Below are positions 6,598 through 11,474 of a DNA stretch of 11,474 nt, piece after piece. The first letter of the stretch is position 1, and each line of letters opens with the position of its first letter. The stretch comes from an uncultured Defluviitaleaceae bacterium (GTDB lineage Bacteria > Bacillota > Clostridia > Lachnospirales > WRBF01). The stretch lies in assembly GCA_964392115.1 (NCBI GenBank), contig CAYMOU010000084.1, positions 1 to 11,474 of the forward strand, in the 5' to 3' direction. Position numbers and translations under genes: made by a program. Below the pieces are notes generated by a model that made no database searches, had not been told where the DNA came from, and worked only from the letters and a program-made list of their open reading frames with translations.

Positions 6598-7724
6598 CTA
6601 TTTTACGCAATTTATGCTTTTCATCAAGCGCAAAATATTGTCAACGGTAAACTCTAAATTTTTAGCACTGTGAACCTTACTTTGGGCAAATTCCATGGGA
6701 AGCTTGTTTATGGTGAATATGGAGCCCACACCCATTTCATAAGCTTGTTCTATGTTATCATCCTCACCGCCCACAATTACCGTTAAGGGTACGTTTTGTT
6801 TCCTGGCCCGTTTTGCAACGCCTATAACAACCTTGCCACTAAGGCTTTGCGTATCTATCTTTCCTTCGCCTGTAAAAATCATATCCGCATGGGCAATTCC
6901 CTTATCAAAATTAACCGTATCCAATACTGTCTCTATGCCATTTGCAAACGTGAACCAAAAAAATACCAACATTCCGGCACCCATTGCCTCGGCAGCCCCG
7001 GAACCGGGAACGAAGCTTATATCGCTGCACAAGTCTCTTGTAATAATTTTGCTCACATGCATCAAGCCTTGGTCGAGGCTCTCTACCATTTCCGGGTTAG
7101 CGCCTTTTTGTGGGCCGAATATGTAAGCTGCACCTGTTTTGCCGTACATGTGGTTGTCTATGTTGCACATGGTAATTATTTCTACCGTTTAAGTCATTAG
7201 ATTTTTGGGAAATGTCTATTCTGTCTATTTCTGCAAGGGTTACGCCTGTGGGTACAAGAGCCTTGTGAAACTTTACGCCTACAGCGGCTGCGGCACCTGT
7301 ACCGTCATCATTGGTAGAACTTCCGCCAAGTCCCACGATTATTTTTTAATGCCCTCTTCGGCGGCGGCAAGAATTAGCCGGCCCACGCCAAAGGTTGTGG
7401 TTTTACCGGGGTCTTTTCTGTCCTCTGCAAGGGTAACCCGGCACAGCTTGCCAATTCAATAACGGCGGTGGATCCGTCGTTTAAAATGCCATAAAATGCT
7501 TCCACATCCTCGAAATATGGATTTTCAACGGTTAGGTATTACTTTTTGCCGCCTACGGCAGACAGAAAGCAATCAACGCTGCCTTCACTGCCGTAGGCAA
7601 CGGGTATGGAGACAACATTGCAATCGCTGTAATGCTATTTGATTTTCCGGCTGATAATATTGTAAATTTGCGCAGAACTTAAAGTTCCTTTAAACGAATC
7701 GGGTATTAATACCGCTTTTTTCAT
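6598..7724 (-). pseudogene. glxK: Glycerate kinase (GlxK/GarK family) pseudogene. It has at least two in-frame nonsense codons (TAG after ...IISRKIK, TAA after ...SAVGGKK) and at least three frameshifts. Two of the frameshifts are in homopolymer runs: A6 where A7 is needed at the IKKIIVGLGG junction, and the A/C run near KTP/GKTTTFGVG.
   Basis: Pieces translate to MKKAVLIPDSFKGTLSS..., HYSDCNVVSIPVA.GSEGSVDCFLSAVGGKK, VEAFYGILNDGSTAVIEL, KTTTFGVGRLILAAAEEGIKK, IVGLGGSSTNDDGTGAAAAVGVKFH... and the intact C-terminal 190 aa (GAAEAMGAGM..., TGEGKIDTQSLSGKVVIGVAKRA). All are co-linear with glycerate kinases but in three different frames. The nonsense substitutions argue against pure sequencing error. 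Confidence 0.75.
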
Positions 7725-7783
7725 ATACGTCTCCTGTAAAGAATATTTTTCGGTTCAACCGGTAAGTTGTCTATGAACAAATC

Positions 7784-7817
7784 TTGAGGGAAACTCCTAT
7801 TGAAAAGTTTCCCTCAA
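7784..7817 (-). other. Conserved hairpin TTGAGGGAAAC-(12 nt)-GTTTCCCTCAA in the larA-glxK intergenic region, 17 nt after the larA stop. It is a possible weak terminator/attenuator or RNA-stability element.
   Basis: Perfect 11-bp inverted repeat. The identical stem with a different loop recurs at 11362-11399. Confidence 0.4.
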
Positions 7818-7833
7818 ATTTATGCGTTAATAT

Positions 7834-9108
7834 TTAGATTACGATTACAGACACACCGTCCGGTATAGCCAGAATTTTGGCGTCCTTTTGGCCCAGAATT
7901 TCGTCTGCCTTTTGTACGGCTTCTTCTATAGAATGGGCCGGTATCATATGAAGCTCTTCAACCAATTGGTCGGGAGCATCGGAAACGTAAACTACTTTCG
8001 AATTCATAAGTATACGGGCGAAAATTTGGGATTGCCATTGGTCAACTATGGTTTCGGTGGCTTTTGTGGAAAGGAAACTTTCCATTAATTTAAGAGCGTC
8101 TTTTTCTTCCCTAAAGGTCTTGTGGAAGGCGCTGCCGCCGTGACCGTCGTTGGATTTGGCAAGCATAATGATTACGCCGCCTTTGTTAAGGGTGGCTTCA
8201 GCGGCGGTCATGCCTTTTACAGCTTGATAAATATTTTGGTCAAGAGGATAACCGCCGTTGGTGGTGATAACTATATCCGAGGGTAAACTTTTTACCTTAC
8301 ATTTGCTGCAAAGGAATTCACGGCCTTGAATGTGGGCAAGGTCGCAGTCTCCGGCTACGGCATAAATGGCTTCCTTGTCGGAATTGATAACAACGTTGCA
8401 AATAAAGTCAAGACGGGCAATTCTTGCACCGTAAAGCATATCAACGTGAATGGGGTTTTTATCTATAATACCGGTTCTGGCGTATTCGCTGGAAATAAAG
8501 TCGGCGTTGTGGTTGTATAAAACGGTTTTGCGGCTTGCAATACCGGGAAGTACGCTCTTTCTGCCTCCGGAGAATCCCGCAAAGAAGTGGGGTTCTATAA
8601 AGCCTTCTGCAACCAGAAGGTCGGCTTCAATTGCCATTTTATTAATAATCAAATCGCCGCCTGAAGGAAGCTTACCAAGGTTTACCAGCATGGACTCGTC
8701 GTCGCAGTCATGAATATAAATTTTCTCATTTTTAACGATGTCTTCGCCGAATTTGCCTATTAATTCTTCCTTGGTGGTTTCTCTGTGACAGCCTGTGGAA
8801 ATAAGGAAGGTAATATCCGCATCGGGGTTGCCTTTTCTTATTTCTTCAAGAATTAAGGGCGCTATAACTTTGGAAGGCACCGGGCGAGTATGGTCGCTGG
8901 CGATAATAACTACTTTGTTTTTACCCTTAGCCATTTCGCAAAGGCGTGGCGTGCCGATGGGGTTTTCAAGGGCTTTGCGTACCAATTCGGTTTGAGAAAG
9001 TTCCGGCTTGTAGTGATGCATTTCGGAGACAAGCTCTCCGGCGAATCTGTTTTCTGGTATATCGTAAGTTAAATAATCTGTTCCGTAAGGAAATTTAACG
9101 GTAGGCAT
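7834..9108 (-). CDS. LarA-family nickel-pincer nucleotide (NPN)-dependent 2-hydroxyacid racemase/epimerase (DUF2088 fold). The substrate is unknown, so it is not annotated as a lactate racemase.
   Basis: 424 aa. It conserves the LarA catalytic/cofactor motifs as I recall them from L. plantarum LarA: STGCHR (catalytic His), EPHFFAGFSGGRK (NPN-tethering Lys) and a downstream YNHN His. RBS AAGGAGG is 7 nt upstream of the ATG. Confidence 0.85.
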   Translation of the reverse strand: MPTVKFPYGTDYLTYDIPENRFAGELVSEMHHYKPELSQTELVRKALENPIGTPRLCEMAKGKNKVVIIASDHTRPVPSKVIAPLILEEIRKGNPDADITFLISTGCHRETTKEELIGKFGEDIVKNEKIYIHDCDDESMLVNLGKLPSGGDLIINKMAIEADLLVAEGFIEPHFFAGFSGGRKSVLPGIASRKTVLYNHNADFISSEYARTGIIDKNPIHVDMLYGARIARLDFICNVVINSDKEAIYAVAGDCDLAHIQGREFLCSKCKVKSLPSDIVITTNGGYPLDQNIYQAVKGMTAAEATLNKGGVIIMLAKSNDGHGGSAFHKTFREEKDALKLMESFLSTKATETIVDQWQSQIFARILMNSKVVYVSDAPDQLVEELHMIPAHSIEEAVQKADEILGQKDAKILAIPDGVSVIVI

Positions 9109-9144
9109 GGTTTTTCCTCCTTTATTTGAAAAGCACTTTGAAGA

Positions 9145-10110
9145 TTATAATTTTTCGCCGATTTCTATTGCTTTTAGTAGACTTTCTTCGTTAGCCGTAA
9201 GTTTCCCGGCTATGTCAAATGCGGTGCCGTGGTCGACAGAGGTTCTTACAACATCCAGTCCTACGGTAATGTTTACGCCGCTGTCAAAGGCAAGCAGTTT
9301 TAAGGGAATATGACCTTGGTCGTGATACATGGCAACCACTATGTGGTATTTTCCTTTTAAAGCCTGTAAAAATACCGTATCCGGCGGAATCGGCCCGTAT
9401 ACGTCCATACCGGCTTTTTTGCATTCGTTTACAGCCGGGATAATTTCGGTTATTTCTTCGTCTCCGAAGATGCCGTTTTCGCCGGCATGAGGGTTAAGCC
9501 CGGCTACAGCTATGCGTGGTTTATCATAACCGGCCTTGGTCAAGGTGTTATGAGCCAGCATGATTACTTGACATATTCTCTCCTTCTTAGCTGCATCACA
9601 GGCTTTTCGCAAGGAAACATGAGTGGAAACGTGAATTGTTTTCAGTTTGTCGCTCCAAAGTAGCATGGCGTATGAATCGCCTTTTAAATATTCTCCGAAA
9701 ATCTCCGTATGGCCGGCAAATTTGTAGCCTGACAAATGCAGGGCTTCTTTATTTAAGGGCGCCGTAACCACCGATGATATTTCTTTATCTAATGCAAAAT
9801 CTATGGCGGCTTTTACGCTTAAAAAGGCGCATTTCCCACCGGTTTCGGAGACTTTGCCTATCATGCCGGGGTCAAAGGTTATGGGGTTTGCATCAAAAAT
9901 ATTAACGCAATCCGTAAGGGTCTCGGAAGCGGCTTTTACCGGATTAAATTTTAAGCCGTAACCCAGTAATTTATTGTAATGCTCCAACACATCCAAACTC
10001 CCGAAAACTATACACCTTCCCAAATACTCGGGGTGTTTATGCAAGGCTTTTAAGGTGATTTCGGGGCCTATACCAAAGGGATCGCCCATAGTTAAGCCGA
10101 AAACTCTCAC
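9145..10110 (-). CDS. pdxA2: PdxA-family NAD-dependent 4-phospho-hydroxyacid dehydrogenase, most likely PdxA2-type 4-phospho-D-threonate/erythronate dehydrogenase (decarboxylating, DHAP-forming).
   Basis: 321 aa with PdxA motifs TMGDPFGIGPEI, HVSTHVSL, AGLNPHAGENG and MYHDQGHIP. GTG start with RBS GGAGG 7 nt upstream; the GTGA overlaps the upstream stop. Genomic pairing with a DUF1537 kinase is the hallmark of PdxA2 rather than the PLP-pathway PdxA. Confidence 0.85.
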   Translation of the reverse strand: MRVFGLTMGDPFGIGPEITLKALHKHPEYLGRCIVFGSLDVLEHYNKLLGYGLKFNPVKAASETLTDCVNIFDANPITFDPGMIGKVSETGGKCAFLSVKAAIDFALDKEISSVVTAPLNKEALHLSGYKFAGHTEIFGEYLKGDSYAMLLWSDKLKTIHVSTHVSLRKACDAAKKERICQVIMLAHNTLTKAGYDKPRIAVAGLNPHAGENGIFGDEEITEIIPAVNECKKAGMDVYGPIPPDTVFLQALKGKYHIVVAMYHDQGHIPLKLLAFDSGVNITVGLDVVRTSVDHGTAFDIAGKLTANEESLLKAIEIGEKL

Positions 10111-10760
10111 AAAACCACCTCCTTAATCTTACGCATACTGAAACTGACGGCATCCTCCTTGCCAAAGGCACCGGCCTTTGTGATAACCTTTAATCCGTCA
10201 AAGTCTCCGCCTTTAAGGCTCATCATGGGTATACCCAAGGATACCTCGGTCAAAACAGAGGAACCCACGGAATTAAGCTCGTTGAAAAAGCCTATGGCGG
10301 TGTCTCCACCGGTGAGAAAAACGCCCGAAACCTTAACTTTGGTAAGAATTTCCTTTGAGGCTTCCGCCAACTTTTTCTGAATGAAATTCCCTATTTCCTC
10401 GTTGCTCACGCCGGATTTTTTGCCGGTTTCGTTGGTAAGTTCATGCTCTTCGGCATCGTAGGAAGATGAGGAGCATAAAATCAGGTCTTTGCCTGCTTTT
10501 AATGTCTCCTTAGCTGCGGAAACATAGTCTTTTATATCCTTGCCGGTTAATATTTCATGAAAAGGCACCTTTATTACGGATATGCTGCTTTGTTCCGCAA
10601 ATTTTACTTGGCTTCTTGTAACCGAACTTACACTGCCCACCAAACCCAAGGCCGGCGGAGCTTTTCTTTCCTCGTCAAACAAAATATCTGCCATTGCCGC
10701 CGAGCCAATCCAAAGAATGCGTTTTTGGGTAGCTAAGGCGGAGACGATGATATTTTTCAT
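10107..10760 (-). CDS. C-terminal (nucleotide-binding) domain fragment of a four-carbon acid sugar kinase (DUF1537; OtnK/DtnK family). This is the downstream half of a gene split by a frameshift; its reading frame is actually open up to 10832.
   Basis: Upstream of the annotated ATG the same frame reads ...GQRNKINLSQGRIYTFDALTNADMKNIIVSALATQK, a continuous kinase-like sequence (compare the E. coli YgbK GIIVVDAVEERDLTLIAQAA region as recalled). C-terminal motifs GVFLTGGDTA and KAGAFG are present. Confidence 0.7.
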   Translation of the reverse strand: MKNIIVSALATQKRILWIGSAAMADILFDEERKAPPALGLVGSVSSVTRSQVKFAEQSSISVIKVPFHEILTGKDIKDYVSAAKETLKAGKDLILCSSSSYDAEEHELTNETGKKSGVSNEEIGNFIQKKLAEASKEILTKVKVSGVFLTGGDTAIGFFNELNSVGSSVLTEVSLGIPMMSLKGGDFDGLKVITKAGAFGKEDAVSFSMRKIKEVVL

Positions 10761-11326
10761 GTCTGCGTTGGTAAGAGCATCGAAGGTATATATTCTACCT
10801 TGAGACAGATTGATTTTGTTTCTCTGACCGAGTTAAGGTTGATGTGGGTAACAGACTCCGTAAAAACTTTGCTTAAAATAGCCTGTAAATTATCTTCCAT
10901 AACCGGGTTTTTCGGGTCTCTTGCAAGCTCGGTTTGGGTTATGGGCGTTCCGTTAAGCAGGTGAATTCCTTCAAGGGTAGTGCGGTTAAGATCGGGCAGA
11001 GCCGGGGCAAAGATTATAAGCTCGCTTTTGCAACAGTTATCCACAGCCTTGACTTCGTGGGCTATGTTGCCACGCAAGGTAGAGTCAACCTTTTTCATGA
11101 TATATTTAAAAACGGATAAATCTATATCTTTTACAAGACCGGACACTTTATTGAAGGCTTCCTCCGGAGACAGGCTTCTGCTTTCCGTATCCAGCACATA
11201 AGAATTTTCGTTATTGATAAGTTCAGTTGAAAACACCACATCGGTGGGCACTCCTCGGCGTTTTAATTGAACGCCGGTGTCGTTGGCACCGGTAAAATCA
11301 TCTGCAACTATTAAATATCTGTTCAT
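10757..11326 (-). CDS. N-terminal domain fragment of the same four-carbon acid sugar kinase (DUF1537, OtnK/DtnK family). It is truncated by a +/-1 frameshift in a T4/A4 run near 10811-10822.
   Basis: MNRYLIVADDFTGANDTGVQL is the family's N-terminal signature (IADDFTG.ND). The start ATG at 11326 has RBS GGAGG 7 nt upstream; the ORF-track ATG at 11344 contains that RBS. This frame then decays into the non-homologous SICLKVEYIPSMLLPTQT* tail. Confidence 0.7.
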   Translation of the reverse strand: MNRYLIVADDFTGANDTGVQLKRRGVPTDVVFSTELINNENSYVLDTESRSLSPEEAFNKVSGLVKDIDLSVFKYIMKKVDSTLRGNIAHEVKAVDNCCKSELIIFAPALPDLNRTTLEGIHLLNGTPITQTELARDPKNPVMEDNLQAILSKVFTESVTHINLNSVRETKSICLKVEYIPSMLLPTQT

Positions 11327-11361
11327 TAGCCGGCCTCCAAACATTTAGAAAATAATAAACC

Positions 11362-11399
11362 TTGAGGGAAACATCTTCCGGAGAAAAAGTTTCCCTCAA
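11362..11399 (-). other. Second copy of the TTGAGGGAAAC/GTTTCCCTCAA hairpin (16-nt loop), located in the 5' leader of the kinase-pdxA2-larA operon. On the mRNA strand it is followed by GGUUUAUUAUUUUCU and then the RBS, so it is a terminator/attenuator-like leader structure.
   Basis: Perfect 11-bp stem identical to 7784-7817 with a divergent loop; a U-rich tract follows on the - strand, 20 nt before the GGAGG RBS. Confidence 0.4.
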
Positions 11400-11419
11400 A
11401 CACCCTGAATGTTAAATTG

Positions 11420-11474
11420 TACTAATTCCATATTTAATGAAGGATAAAAATTTGCAAATTATCCTTGAATCTTT
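11420..11474 (+). repeat. Copy C (truncated by the window end) of the TIR-bounded palindromic element, upstream of the - strand operon.
   Basis: TACTAATTCCATATTTAATGAAGGATAAAAATTTGCAAATTATCCTTGAATCTTT is near-identical to 6430-6500 and to the reverse complement of 1345-1395. Confidence 0.65.

Noticed and set aside
6752-7462. + strand ORFs of 124, 134 and 85 aa overlapping the glxK region
   Set aside because: They lie antisense to a clearly homologous (though broken) glycerate kinase reading frame and have no RBS or recognisable domain features. They are shadow ORFs.
11362-11474. Known riboswitch/T-box class in the acid-sugar operon leader
   Set aside because: I found no conserved aptamer motifs (no T-box AGAGA/specifier-antiterminator signature, no purine/TPP/SAM/FMN cores). 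Only the generic hairpin+U-tract and the repeat element are present.

Overview
Low-GC, Firmicutes-like chromosomal window (SD-type RBSs, sigma-A -35/-10 promoters, A/T-rich intergenic DNA) with 9 to 10 genes in three blocks. (1) + strand: a LysR-family regulator, then a flotillin (FloT/YuaG-like SPFH protein) expressed from its own extended -10 promoter. (2) - strand: an ECF sigma factor (TTG start) translationally coupled to a zinc-finger (HxxxCxxC) anti-sigma factor with a DUF4349-like membrane domain. Divergent from it on the + strand is a stand-alone AsrC-like siroheme/4Fe-4S sulfite-reductase-like protein. (3) A - strand operon carries a four-carbon-acid-sugar kinase (DUF1537, OtnK/DtnK family) that is split by a single homopolymer frameshift, a PdxA2-type 4-phosphotetronate dehydrogenase, and a LarA-family nickel-pincer (NPN) dependent hydroxyacid racemase/epimerase. 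Downstream of these lies a decayed glycerate kinase (glxK) pseudogene with at least 2 nonsense codons and at least 3 frameshifts. The LarA+PdxA2+DUF1537-kinase grouping is the most interesting content: it suggests an undescribed Ni-dependent tetronate (threonate/erythronate) epimerisation step feeding the known kinase/PdxA2 route to DHAP, in a locus that appears to be partly decaying. Non-coding structure is also notable. A ~100-110 bp terminal-inverted-repeat palindromic element occurs three times, each in the same orientation relative to local transcription; one copy sits inside the promoter-defined floT 5' leader and another in the leader of the acid-sugar operon. An 11-bp-stem hairpin (TTGAGGGAAAC/GTTTCCCTCAA) occurs twice with identical stems and different loops. 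There is a (AAATGCACC)x6 9-bp tandem repeat next to an anomalously GC-rich ~120 bp island, plus three clear intrinsic terminators. No CRISPR, tRNA/rRNA or transposase was seen.
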